A stretch of DNA of 60,041 nt, taken from positions 1 to 60,041 of the IMG/VR virus record IMGVR_UViG_3300033155_000947. One strand, given 5' to 3'. Below, piece after piece: positions 47,014 through 56,640 of this stretch. The DNA comes from a virus (lineage: Duplodnaviria > Caudoviricetes). The translations under genes were made by a program, and so were the position numbers. The notes below the pieces were generated by a model. The model saw only the letters and a list, made by a program, of their open reading frames with translations. It did not search any database and was not told the DNA's origin. Each line of letters opens with the position of its first letter. The stretch's first letter is position 1.

Positions 47014-48528
47014 ATGTTAATTAATCGTAAAATGTCATCACGCCGATCTTGGATCGAAGAAGGCCTCGAACTCGCAGACGTAAGTGTCGAAGAGGGCGGT
47101 TGGTCTGAGTACTTCGATGCCGAAGTCGACGAAGCTCTCGAAATTAAAGACGACATGACTCGCGCCGCAACTGCGATCGTCCTCGAAAACACAAAACACT
47201 GGTTAGCCAGCAAGGTACGCGGTAAGCGCGACAGCGATGGCAATATCCATATCGACGAAACAACTGCCTCGGGTTCTGTTGGTGGCTTCACCGACTACTT
47301 GTTCCCGATCGTACGCGCCGCGATGCCAAGCAACCCGCTCAATCAGATCGTATCGGTTCAGCCGACCAGCCGTAAGATTGCTACCGTAACCTACTTTGAG
47401 TGGATTTACGGATCCACCAAAGGTAATGTCACCAAAGGCCAACGCCTGTTCGGTGCCAACACAGGTAAGCCTGACAACGGTCGTAACTACAGTGGTGAGC
47501 TCATCGAAGGTGAGTCTATCGCAGTAAGCTCGGGCGCCTCAACCGGTGGTACCCTTCAATGGGTATCAGGCGGTGGCGTACGTCCTGCAACTGTTAGGTT
47601 CGCAGTAACCACCAGTGTCGGTGCTTCAACTATCGGTGACGATGGTCGTGGTAACCTCACAATCACACGTGACGACACAGGCGCCGCGATTGTCGTAGGT
47701 GCGACATCCATCAACTACATCACAGGTGGTTTCTCTATCACCTTGGCAGGACCGGAGACCTTCTCAGCAGGTACCGGCACGGCCACCTACGGTTGGAACA
47801 GTGAAGGCGGTATCCTACCTGAAGTGGACATCAACATCACCACCAGCAGTGTCGACACCGTCCGTCGTGCCCTGCGCATGAACCATACAAGTGAAGCATC
47901 GTTCGACCTTCAGCAAGAGTATGGCACGTCGCTCGACCAAGCGCTTATCAAAGGCGCCGCAGAGCTTCTCAACTTCGAACAGTTCCAGCAGGTACTACGC
48001 GAAATCTGGGCAGTTACCCCGGTAACAAGCACATGGGATCAAACCCCTGCGTCTGGCATCAGCCGTCGTGATCACTTCGAAGGTCTGTTGTACAACCTCA
48101 ACCAAGCCAGCAACAGCATCTGGCGTCGCACCCAAAAGGCTTACGCCAACTGGGCGGTGGTTGACGAAGGCGCCGCGAACATCTTGGAGTCACTACCTGA
48201 CACCCTGTTCAAAAGCGTTCCCGCGCCTAAGAACGTCATGGGCGCTCACCACATCGGTACCATCAAAGGCAAGATCAAGGTGTACAAGTACATCCACCTT
48301 GCCCAAGAGCCGGGTGCTGTGGCAGGCGGTAACATGATCATGGGCTATAAAGGCTCTGAATTCTGGGAAGCTGGCATGGTATGGTCACCTTACCAACTCA
48401 TGTACACGACTGACCCGTTGACAACTGCGGACTTCGTTACCCAACGTGGCGTGGCAACCCGCTACGCGACAAAACTGGTTAATCCGCATATGTTCGCTCG
48501 CGTGAATTTTACTGGCGCAGTCGTATAA
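47014..48528 (+). CDS. major capsid protein (T4 gp23-like)
   Basis: TAIVLEN, FPIVR, IVSVQP, RRALR, GYKGSEFWEAGMVWSPY, RGVATRYA; follows the protease. Confidence 0.95.
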   Translation: MLINRKMSSRRSWIEEGLELADVSVEEGGWSEYFDAEVDEALEIKDDMTRAATAIVLENTKHWLASKVRGKRDSDGNIHIDETTASGSVGGFTDYLFPIVRAAMPSNPLNQIVSVQPTSRKIATVTYFEWIYGSTKGNVTKGQRLFGANTGKPDNGRNYSGELIEGESIAVSSGASTGGTLQWVSGGGVRPATVRFAVTTSVGASTIGDDGRGNLTITRDDTGAAIVVGATSINYITGGFSITLAGPETFSAGTGTATYGWNSEGGILPEVDINITTSSVDTVRRALRMNHTSEASFDLQQEYGTSLDQALIKGAAELLNFEQFQQVLREIWAVTPVTSTWDQTPASGISRRDHFEGLLYNLNQASNSIWRRTQKAYANWAVVDEGAANILESLPDTLFKSVPAPKNVMGAHHIGTIKGKIKVYKYIHLAQEPGAVAGGNMIMGYKGSEFWEAGMVWSPYQLMYTTDPLTTADFVTQRGVATRYATKLVNPHMFARVNFTGAVV

Positions 48529-48555
48529 TCGCGTTTATCAGTCTAATAATGAACA

Positions 48556-48580
48556 AACCCCGAGCAATCGGGGTTTTTTA
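48556..48580 (+). terminator. intrinsic terminator, copy 1
   Basis: AACCCCGA-GCAA-TCGGGGTT-TTTT. Confidence 0.92.
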
Positions 48581-48609
48581 TTGACAATACGAGGCGTTAC
48601 GTGTATAGT
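48581..48609 (+). promoter_or_regulatory. sigma70-type promoter of the HNH gene
   Basis: TTGACA-N17-TATAGT. Confidence 0.75.
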
Positions 48610-48616
48610 GATGTTC

Positions 48617-49555
48617 ATGGAAAACACACAAGAACAATGGAAAACGATCGTCGGTTACCCCGCGTACGAAGTAAGCAACTACGGACGGGTTAAACGCGTT
48701 ACACGAGCCCAAGGCACGGCCACGGGTGTGCTCAAGACGTTCGACAACGGGCACGGGTATCGACAGTTACGGCTCTGCGTGGGCGGTGTTCCGTGTAACC
48801 ACAAAGTCCATCGACTTGTCTGCCGAGCGTTCCATGGTGAGCCTCCTACACCTGAGCATACGTATGTCAACCACAGAGACTGTGACCCGAGTAACAACAG
48901 GGTAGATAACTTGGAGTGGTGTACGCCGTCTGAAAACGTCCAGCACGCACACGATAACGGTCGACACCCGCGTCAGGCTCCGCCCGCGCCTACTAAGGTC
49001 GGACGTTATCAAGACCTATCGGAGTTACAGACGGTACCGCCCGTAGGAGCCGATGACGTGGAGGAGTGGTATATCGTGGGTGAGTGCCCTGCCTACTCTG
49101 TCAGCAGTCTAGGACAGGTCAAGCGCATGTCAGGCGGGCGTGGCACACAGAGGGCACTACTCAAGACTTCGGCAATTGCGAGCGGGTACCGGAAGGTCTC
49201 CCTGTCGATCGGTAACCGTGTGAAACAACGTCTGGTGCACCGGCTAGTCTGCTCAGCCTGCCACACGCCCCCAACGGCCAAGCATACGGTGGTCAATCAC
49301 ATAAACGGGGATAAGGCCGACAACCGCGCCTGTAATTTAGAGTGGGTAACCTACGCAGAAAACAACAGACACGCCCGTGCGAGTCAGCCAAGCCAGTTCA
49401 AGAAACCACGGGACAAGGTAAGCGACAGTATGATTGAGGAGATCGTCAGGCGATTAAGCGCGGGCGAGACCCGTAAGCAGGTGGGCGCGGATCTAGGGAT
49501 TGCACCCCAACATGCAGGACGTCTCTACCGTCAGTACCGACCTACGAGCATGTGA
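48617..49555 (+). CDS. free-standing homing endonuclease with two NUMOD4-HNH units
   Basis: Twice W...Y.VS..G.VK...VHRLVC...VNH...NR..NLEW.T..EN..HA. Confidence 0.92.
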   Translation: MENTQEQWKTIVGYPAYEVSNYGRVKRVTRAQGTATGVLKTFDNGHGYRQLRLCVGGVPCNHKVHRLVCRAFHGEPPTPEHTYVNHRDCDPSNNRVDNLEWCTPSENVQHAHDNGRHPRQAPPAPTKVGRYQDLSELQTVPPVGADDVEEWYIVGECPAYSVSSLGQVKRMSGGRGTQRALLKTSAIASGYRKVSLSIGNRVKQRLVHRLVCSACHTPPTAKHTVVNHINGDKADNRACNLEWVTYAENNRHARASQPSQFKKPRDKVSDSMIEEIVRRLSAGETRKQVGADLGIAPQHAGRLYRQYRPTSM

Positions 49556-49566
49556 CAGTTTGTCAC
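49552..49566. repeat. core palindrome overlapping the HNH stop codon
   Basis: GTGACAGTTTGTCAC. Confidence 0.9.
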
Positions 49567-49579
49567 GTACGCACTACCT

Positions 49580-49604
49580 AACCCCGAGCAATCGGGGTTT
49601 TTTA
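49580..49604 (+). terminator. intrinsic terminator, copy 2 (25-bp exact repeat of copy 1)
   Basis: AACCCCGAGCAATCGGGGTTTTTTA. Confidence 0.92.
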
Positions 49605-49695
49605 ATGCAGATTCCGACGACCGCCCGCGGTATACGATAAAATAACATAGAGCGTACTGTGCGCTCTTCTACCCTCCCCACTCGAGGTTCCTGCT

Positions 49696-50280
49696 ATGTC
49701 AGTTCCAATCAAACGTACCAAGTCACTTGACCTGTCCCCTGCCTTCATCAACGCCAGCGGTACTCCCGTAGGTGTCCGTGTCGGGGAAGGCAAGTCTGCA
49801 CGCATCCAAGTGGTCTTACCGCTCGCGCATATCAACTCACCTGCGGCGCTCGATGACAACGCCTGCTTCATCCTCGCAGGCAAGTGTTTTGAAGCTGTGG
49901 CGAGCCTAGATGAGCGCCTGCAACCGCTCGACCCGCGTAAGATTCAACAACCGGCTGTCCGCCTAGACGGTGAGACGACCTACCCACGGGTACTACGTGG
50001 TGACGACCCTACCGTCCGCACGTATGTCGTAACCGAAAGTAAGACCGAAGAGGCGCCGAAAGCGCCTGCGAAAGCGCCTGAAGAGCCGGACAAGGAACAG
50101 GACAAGGAACAAGACAAGGTGGCACCTAGTGAATCAGCGGTCGCGTCACAAGTTGAGCCCCCTCTCTCCGAGCTTCCTGAGGTACCGGTCGAAGGACAAG
50201 AAGAGCCGGACAAGGCACCCGCAGACGCGCCTAAGACACCTACCTTGAAACGCTCGAAGCGCACACGCCGTCGCTCGTAA
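49696..50280 (+). CDS. hypothetical protein with low-complexity C-terminus
   Basis: GAGG RBS; position after the capsid gene. Confidence 0.75.
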   Translation: MSVPIKRTKSLDLSPAFINASGTPVGVRVGEGKSARIQVVLPLAHINSPAALDDNACFILAGKCFEAVASLDERLQPLDPRKIQQPAVRLDGETTYPRVLRGDDPTVRTYVVTESKTEEAPKAPAKAPEEPDKEQDKEQDKVAPSESAVASQVEPPLSELPEVPVEGQEEPDKAPADAPKTPTLKRSKRTRRRS

Positions 50281-50313
50281 CCCACAACCCGCCAAACCTA
50301 TTAGGTACCTGCT

Positions 50314-51357
50314 ATGTCGTTAACCGTCGCAGACATATACGAAGAGATCCGGCTTCGTCTAGGGTTCGGAGCTGTCGAAGTGGAGCTCACCGATCCCCAA
50401 ATCGACATCTGCCTCAAGCAGACCGTGCGTCGTTATAACACGCACATAGGTCTGCTGGGTATAGGCACCTTATCTACTGCGATAGGCGCGCCACAGGTCG
50501 TAACCCGTCCGGTTCCCGCAGGCACCACGTTCACCGTGGCCTTGCCGGTCAACGGGGGTGCGGGTTCGACTACGTTAAAGTCGGTTCTTGCGACCAGTCT
50601 TAATCCTGTGAACCTGACCACCGATGACCTCGGCAACGTCATCCTGATAGACAGCGTCACACAAATTTTGATAGCAAGTACAGGGTACTTCAACAGCATC
50701 ACAGGCGGGTTGACCGTAACCTTAACAGGTGCTGAAACCTTCCTCGACCAGCAAGCGACGTTCACGTACCTCGTACGCCCTGCCAGCGGGCGGTATCTGA
50801 TAACCCACCCGAACCTTGCGGGTATTATCTATGTTGACGGGGTCGAGAACGACCTGTACTCCGCAGAACAGCTGGACACATTCAATCCGTACACCTACTC
50901 AGGTATCGGATCACAGCACGGCTTCGAGCCTAACCTGATCGTAGACTACGCTACGTTGACGATGTACCGAGAAATGCAACAGCGTATATTGGCTGACGAC
51001 TTTAACTGGCGTCACGAGGTAGAAGACGGTGAGCATTATCTGTACGTCGCGGCGCCTGCTACCCTCACGGCTATCATGTACGAGTTCAAATGGCACCTGT
51101 CGCCTGACGATGATGCGACTACCGGCCTGCGACACCTACCCGACAGCGACGCAGACTGGGTGATCGACATGACGCTCGCCCTGTCTCAGCAACTGCTAGG
51201 CCGGATCCTCCGCAAGCACGGCGGTATGATGAACAGTGACGGAGGTGTCGACTCGATTGACGGCTCGGAGCTGGTACAAGAAGGGCGTGAAGACGAACAG
51301 CGCCACATGGAAGAGCTCAAGAAGCGTAAACGCACACCACCTCCGATGATCGGTTAA
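50314..51357 (+). CDS. neck / head-tail adaptor protein (T4 gp13-like)
   Basis: IRLRLG...VEVELTDPQID, WV...LALSQQLLGRILRK, IDGSELVQEG, PPMIG. Confidence 0.85.
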   Translation: MSLTVADIYEEIRLRLGFGAVEVELTDPQIDICLKQTVRRYNTHIGLLGIGTLSTAIGAPQVVTRPVPAGTTFTVALPVNGGAGSTTLKSVLATSLNPVNLTTDDLGNVILIDSVTQILIASTGYFNSITGGLTVTLTGAETFLDQQATFTYLVRPASGRYLITHPNLAGIIYVDGVENDLYSAEQLDTFNPYTYSGIGSQHGFEPNLIVDYATLTMYREMQQRILADDFNWRHEVEDGEHYLYVAAPATLTAIMYEFKWHLSPDDDATTGLRHLPDSDADWVIDMTLALSQQLLGRILRKHGGMMNSDGGVDSIDGSELVQEGREDEQRHMEELKKRKRTPPPMIG

Positions 51358-51360
51358 CCG

Positions 51361-51882
51361 ATGGCAAATAAGATACCCGATTTGCGGTATATCTTAACGG
51401 ACTTCGCGCGCCACGCAGTACGTGCGTCTGACACGGCACTCAAGGACGTGGCACAGGACGAAGTGGAAGACTTTCGTAAACGAATCGACGACCAGATGGT
51501 TGAGTCGTTCATCAAAGAGCCGTTGTCCGAAAAGTATGCACAATGGAAGGCGCGCAACCACCTCGACCCGCGCGTGATGGTGCGCACAGGGCACTACAAG
51601 AAGAAGATACAGGTACACGCTGTCGAGAAAAAAGCCCGGGTTCGCGCCTACCGAATAGGCTTCTTACCGTCTGACAGAGCGATACACTGGAAGACACGCA
51701 GACCGATCGCCTTCACCCTGCACAAGCTCGCGCTGGTACAAGAATACGGCACCACGACTCTGCCCAAGCGCCCACACTGGCGACCGCAGTTAAAACGGCT
51801 TCAGCGCCGTGGCCAATCCCATAGCAGGCGCATACGCAAGCACGTGATCCACACCTACAAACCCAAAGTGCGATACAAATAA
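51361..51882 (+). CDS. virion morphogenesis / tail completion protein
   Basis: PLSEKY...K, LALVQEYGT..LPKRPHWRP. Confidence 0.7.
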   Translation: MANKIPDLRYILTDFARHAVRASDTALKDVAQDEVEDFRKRIDDQMVESFIKEPLSEKYAQWKARNHLDPRVMVRTGHYKKKIQVHAVEKKARVRAYRIGFLPSDRAIHWKTRRPIAFTLHKLALVQEYGTTTLPKRPHWRPQLKRLQRRGQSHSRRIRKHVIHTYKPKVRYK

Positions 51883-52460
51883 TGTCCTACTACCCTCCCG
51901 ACATACTGACCCTAACCCCTGTGGAGCGCCCACAAGAATATGGCGCAGACTTCTTACTGCAACAGCGGATAACGCGAGAGCAGTACACCCTACACGCACC
52001 GTTGATCAAATACTACCCGTTGCTAAAGAGCCCGACACGACCTGCCGACCCTGACGACATCATAGGAGCGCCCGCTACTACGAAATTCGACGCACTGTGG
52101 GGCGAGACGATCGCACCTACCATCAGTACATGGGAGCAACCCCACGGAAGTACCCACGATACAGGCAACACAGACACCCTCGCCTACGACGCTCCTGTCG
52201 ATATTCATATCAAGGTTCAGCGTGTGGTCAAAGACGCAGAGCTGAAACGTCTAGGGTTCGACCGACGCCGTGAGCTTCTCCTGCACGTACCCCTGCTGTT
52301 GCTGGATGAAGCGGGCGTAACCGTACAGGCGGGCGATAAGTTTGAGTGGGACGGTAAAAAGTACATCGTCAAACAGTACAACCGTAAAGGCTACTGGAAA
52401 ACGACCAATTTAAGGCTCTTCATGGTGATGAACTGCGACAACTTCTACGAGGGGTCGTAA
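51882..52460 (+). CDS. head closure / neck protein (gp14-like)
   Basis: DALWGE, ELKRLG, AGDKFEWDGKKY; synteny. Confidence 0.65.
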   Translation: MSYYPPDILTLTPVERPQEYGADFLLQQRITREQYTLHAPLIKYYPLLKSPTRPADPDDIIGAPATTKFDALWGETIAPTISTWEQPHGSTHDTGNTDTLAYDAPVDIHIKVQRVVKDAELKRLGFDRRRELLLHVPLLLLDEAGVTVQAGDKFEWDGKKYIVKQYNRKGYWKTTNLRLFMVMNCDNFYEGS

Positions 52461-52461
52461 C

Positions 52462-52884
52462 ATGGCTATCAACATAACACGCAGATGGTATGACGCCCGT
52501 ACCCGCCAAGTGCACAGCCCGAACCTGATCGAGGTCGAGATACCTATTTGGACTGCGCTCACCACTACGTTACGTGTGCGCATCAATAAGGTATCGGTAC
52601 CTGCCACGGGAGACCTGCAGAAACGCGCCATGCACTGTGCGGTGATCCTACTCGGAGGCAAGAACATTGTCCTCGACCTCACAATACCACAGAGCGGGGT
52701 ATCCACGACACCTGCGCAGATTTACCTGAGTGATAAAGTGTCCCGCACAGCACACAACCGTTCCTATACGGAAGTAACGGCTATCGACCCCACGAATTTA
52801 CGTATTAACTACGCACAGTGTATGACGTACTTGGCGCGCAACGGGTACGATATAGCTGAGGCACGTAATATTCTCCGAGGATAA
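52462..52884 (+). CDS. hypothetical protein
   Basis: Coupled ORF in the neck/tail module. Confidence 0.65.
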   Translation: MAINITRRWYDARTRQVHSPNLIEVEIPIWTALTTTLRVRINKVSVPATGDLQKRAMHCAVILLGGKNIVLDLTIPQSGVSTTPAQIYLSDKVSRTAHNRSYTEVTAIDPTNLRINYAQCMTYLARNGYDIAEARNILRG

Positions 52885-52887
52885 TCA

Positions 52888-54477
52888 ATGGCAGTCCCGC
52901 ACACATTCGAAGACTTCATACGAGTGCACGACCGCGCCATCTACGATTGGCTAGGCGGTTTGCTGGTGGACTACTCGTACCAACTCCCGAACCAGCCGAC
53001 AGTGGTGCGCAAGCAACAGTCGATCATACGCGCCTTTTCCAGCCCCCAGCGTGCTGTGGCCGAGGTGGCTGACCTGCTCATACGACAACAGAGCGACCTA
53101 CTCGAAGGTGTAACCGACATTGACAAGTACGCGTCCGGCAACAACTTCCCCGTACAGCTTCTTCCTGCGGTAACCATAGACAGGCCGAGCCGGTTTACGC
53201 GTGACGTGAGCCACACCACGGTGGCCAACTCACAGCGGTTCTGCATAGACCCCGTAACCGGTGCCTATATCATCGTACGTGAGCCTATCGCGTACAACGT
53301 AGAATATGAGGTGAACTTTTGGATGCACAAGCGGTACACAGAGGCGTACATAACCGAATGGATTGAGAGTCAATTCGGGCGTATAGGTTTAGACAACGAC
53401 GAACGGTATATTAACGTCACACACCGAGACCCTATCGGCACTACGCGACAGTCGCTCAAACTGATGAGCTCCGCGGATCTAAGCAACCTTGAAGGCGACA
53501 CACAGAGGTTTATACGCTTCCAGTACATATTCCAGTTACGTGCGTGGCTCTATCAGAGCACCACCACAGGGTCTGAAGAGGAGTACGAAGACGGAACGGT
53601 GAGCGCGGTGGCACTCTACCCCGTCGAGTTTGCAGATTACAGCCAGTTTGTATGTGTCATAGACGCAGAAGGTAACGAGATCACCACCGAGGATCCGTCG
53701 GCGCATCTGAACCTGCCTAACCCGTCAGCAACCGTGGAAGGGCTTAACCTTTTCCCACCGATATTATCGGCTAACCGTGCCCGCGCATCTGCAACCGTGC
53801 CAACCACAGGAACCGCTAAGTTTACGCTCACAGGCGACGGGGTGTTCGACATGGAAGGCGGAACCGCAGGGGGTACGGTTACGGTGCTACTACGTAAGTC
53901 CGTACGCTTCGACCTTAACCCCGGTATCGCGCTGGAGCTAGGCGTGTACGGAATAGCGTACGCGTACGAGGCGTCTGATGACTTCGACATGAACATTGAA
54001 CAGTCGGCCACAGGTGCCGGAGTATTCACTTCGGTACGGTCATGGGATAACTTACGAGCGGGTGACGAAGATGTCCACGTCTTCACAACCATAACCGATG
54101 AATGGTTTAGGCTGTCATTTGACCTAGCACCTAACGCCACGGTTACGTTGTCACAGTTTGAGACCTACCCTACTGCTTTATCCCCTGTATCACTACCTAC
54201 GTCCCTTATGAGTGGGGTAGGTACTTGGGATGTGGACACCAAAGGCCGACCGGCACTCATGTTCGCGGTGCCCGACGCCCCGTTGACAGGCTCGGCTAGT
54301 ATCACCGGAACTGCGCGTGTATGTGACTGGGCAGACGCCCCGCAAGGGCTCTGTTTTCTTACAAGCTCCATCGACAGTAAAATTATCGCAGAACTTACGT
54401 CGTCATTTGTGGGCAAGCTCGGCGTAATACACTACAATGGTTCATATAGAAGTCATACTGCGGAGTTTGACACGTGA
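52888..54477 (+). CDS. tail terminator / sheath stabiliser-like protein with C-terminal extension
   Basis: LPAVTI.R, PIAYNVEYEVNFW, FQLRAWL; position before the sheath. Confidence 0.65.
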   Translation: MAVPHTFEDFIRVHDRAIYDWLGGLLVDYSYQLPNQPTVVRKQQSIIRAFSSPQRAVAEVADLLIRQQSDLLEGVTDIDKYASGNNFPVQLLPAVTIDRPSRFTRDVSHTTVANSQRFCIDPVTGAYIIVREPIAYNVEYEVNFWMHKRYTEAYITEWIESQFGRIGLDNDERYINVTHRDPIGTTRQSLKLMSSADLSNLEGDTQRFIRFQYIFQLRAWLYQSTTTGSEEEYEDGTVSAVALYPVEFADYSQFVCVIDAEGNEITTEDPSAHLNLPNPSATVEGLNLFPPILSANRARASATVPTTGTAKFTLTGDGVFDMEGGTAGGTVTVLLRKSVRFDLNPGIALELGVYGIAYAYEASDDFDMNIEQSATGAGVFTSVRSWDNLRAGDEDVHVFTTITDEWFRLSFDLAPNATVTLSQFETYPTALSPVSLPTSLMSGVGTWDVDTKGRPALMFAVPDAPLTGSASITGTARVCDWADAPQGLCFLTSSIDSKIIAELTSSFVGKLGVIHYNGSYRSHTAEFDT

Positions 54478-54641
54478 TTAAACTCTTGAATAATCTAGCT
54501 CAGCCCTTGACTTTCGTACACAGCGGTACGGTCATCAAGTTACGCGGTCAGGAACTGTCGAGCACTCTCGACAGCGCACTCTTGACCGAGTACGTACGTG
54601 GATTGATTAAACGGGGTTATCTCAGCGTCCTCCCTTCCTAA
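54474..54641 (+). CDS. 55-aa hypothetical protein
   Basis: Hand translation from GTG overlapping the previous stop: IKLLNNLAQPL...LIKRGYLSV. Confidence 0.6.
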   Translation: MIKLLNNLAQPLTFVHSGTVIKLRGQELSSTLDSALLTEYVRGLIKRGYLSVLPS

Positions 54642-54654
54642 CTAGGAGCATAAT

Positions 54655-56580
54655 ATGCCCGGCGTAATCTTTAACGAATTTACAGCATCCCAAGCCAACA
54701 CACTCTCATCCGACTTCGCAGTCGGTGTCGTGGGTGGCGGTTCGTGGGGTCCTACCGACCTTCCTACACTGTTGACCACCGACGCTGATATTGTGGCGCG
54801 TTTTGGCACCCCAACCACAGATGACATGGGATTGTTGAGCGCCATATCCATTGCCCGCCGTGGCGGAAGCGTCTACTACAGTCGCGTCGCAGGGTCAGGA
54901 GCTCTCAAATCAGACGCAGACGTGGTAGGCCGTACGATTACAACACCTGCGGTTAAGGCCTTCGCTACTTTTGTCGCTGACGGTGGCAATACCGCGGCGT
55001 CTGACGCAGATCTGGTAACGATCATCGACGCTGAAGCGAATACGCTCACGTTCGAATTCGACACCGACAATAGCACTACGGGTGCCAACACACCTGTCGC
55101 GCCGGGTGCGACTGCAGACGCAAGCCTGACCAACCTAGCAACCGCCATCAATAACGCGCGTAATGGTGCGTTGCTGAACATGGTTGCCATCTACGACACA
55201 GGCACCCAAACCCTTACCGTCACACAAACAGGTGCAGGTGCAGTAGGTAACACAGCTATCGTAGAAACCGTCACACCTTTGTGGACGATTGACACCGACT
55301 TTGCGGGTGGCGTGACTGAGGTTTCAACACCTGTCGCAACCGCCCTTGCACTGGAAGCCCTGTACCTCGGCACCGGTGGCGACCTCGTACAATTCGAAAT
55401 CACTGAACCGAGCGTATTGGGTACCGCCAACGCCTTCGACCTCCGCGTTTACTATCCACCAGCTCCGGGCGCTCGCCCTGAATTGGTCGAGACATATAAC
55501 GGAGTCACCTTGGCGGCGGGCGCAAATAACGTGGTTGACGTACTCGCCAACGGGCGCGCAGGCGTCGACACCGCCAGTAACTACGTTCGGGGGGTCGCAG
55601 GATTATCGGCCACCGTACTTAACACCGTAAGCGCCTCCACACTATCAGGCGGTAATGACGGCCTGACCATCACTGACGCTGATTACATTGGTACGTCCAT
55701 CGGAGCCACGCCTACGGGTATCCAAGCCTTCGCGAACAGTAACGCCTTCCCGATCTACCTTTTACTCGTACCTGCCGTAAGTAACGCAGACGTGGTTGAC
55801 GCGCAGATTGCATTCTGTGAAGCGCGTACAGACGTGGCGACCTTTATCGACGCCCCGCTAGGCCTGAGCGCAACCCAAAAACGGGACTGGGCAAACGGTC
55901 TCGGTGCTATTCACAGCATCGCCAACGCGCCTACTGCGCTTTTGGATTCATCTTATGGTGCGGTCTTCTCGGAGTGGGAACTGGAGTACGACGCCTTCAA
56001 CCAGACCGAAGTATACATGCCTCCATCGGCCAAAGCGGCGTCCGCGTTCGCGGCGTCTTTCGTGGCTAACGGTCTTGGCGCTGTCGTGGCAGGCTCACTA
56101 CGTGGAGTAACAGGAGCTTCTGCGGGTCTGGAAACTTTGCTTTCAACCGCACAATCAGACGACCTCCTGCACAATGCGAATATTAACCCCATCGAGGCTG
56201 TCGGAGACGAAGCGGTCATCATGGGCAACCGCACGCTTCAGCGTTTTGACGACCCTTACCAAAGTTTACACGTACGCTTCGGCTTGCTGGGCATCAAGCG
56301 TATCCTGCGTCAAGCAGGCCTTGAAGTACGCATGGAGCCAAATGTCGAGTCGACATGGACGCGCCTCGAACTGCGTGTGGAGCCTGAATTAGATGACTAC
56401 GTGACACGCAACGTGGTTGAGCGGTATGACTTCGTCGTGGACACGAGCACCAACACTGAAGAACAGCGCGCGCTTAAACAGATGCGCGGTCGCCTGACGA
56501 TTAAATTCACCGACATTGCAGAGACTGTGGCGTTCGACATTGCGGTAACCGATACTAATTTGACGTTCACTGCTGTGTAA
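54655..56580 (+). CDS. tail sheath protein
   Basis: MPGVIFNE, WGP..P, FGTP, LSGGNDG, YMPPS, NINPI, GNRTL, SLHVR, EPN. Confidence 0.95.
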   Translation: MPGVIFNEFTASQANTLSSDFAVGVVGGGSWGPTDLPTLLTTDADIVARFGTPTTDDMGLLSAISIARRGGSVYYSRVAGSGALKSDADVVGRTITTPAVKAFATFVADGGNTAASDADLVTIIDAEANTLTFEFDTDNSTTGANTPVAPGATADASLTNLATAINNARNGALLNMVAIYDTGTQTLTVTQTGAGAVGNTAIVETVTPLWTIDTDFAGGVTEVSTPVATALALEALYLGTGGDLVQFEITEPSVLGTANAFDLRVYYPPAPGARPELVETYNGVTLAAGANNVVDVLANGRAGVDTASNYVRGVAGLSATVLNTVSASTLSGGNDGLTITDADYIGTSIGATPTGIQAFANSNAFPIYLLLVPAVSNADVVDAQIAFCEARTDVATFIDAPLGLSATQKRDWANGLGAIHSIANAPTALLDSSYGAVFSEWELEYDAFNQTEVYMPPSAKAASAFAASFVANGLGAVVAGSLRGVTGASAGLETLLSTAQSDDLLHNANINPIEAVGDEAVIMGNRTLQRFDDPYQSLHVRFGLLGIKRILRQAGLEVRMEPNVESTWTRLELRVEPELDDYVTRNVVERYDFVVDTSTNTEEQRALKQMRGRLTIKFTDIAETVAFDIAVTDTNLTFTAV

Positions 56581-56640
56581 GTCTTAGGCTCGCACACACC
56601 CCTTAACCTAAACTAACCAAATCCATACTCGGAGATTACC

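Noticed and set aside
3738-49566. Palindromic repeats as a CRISPR array or integron attC sites
   Set aside because: Copies are kilobases apart with no regular spacers, and no cas or integrase gene is in the window
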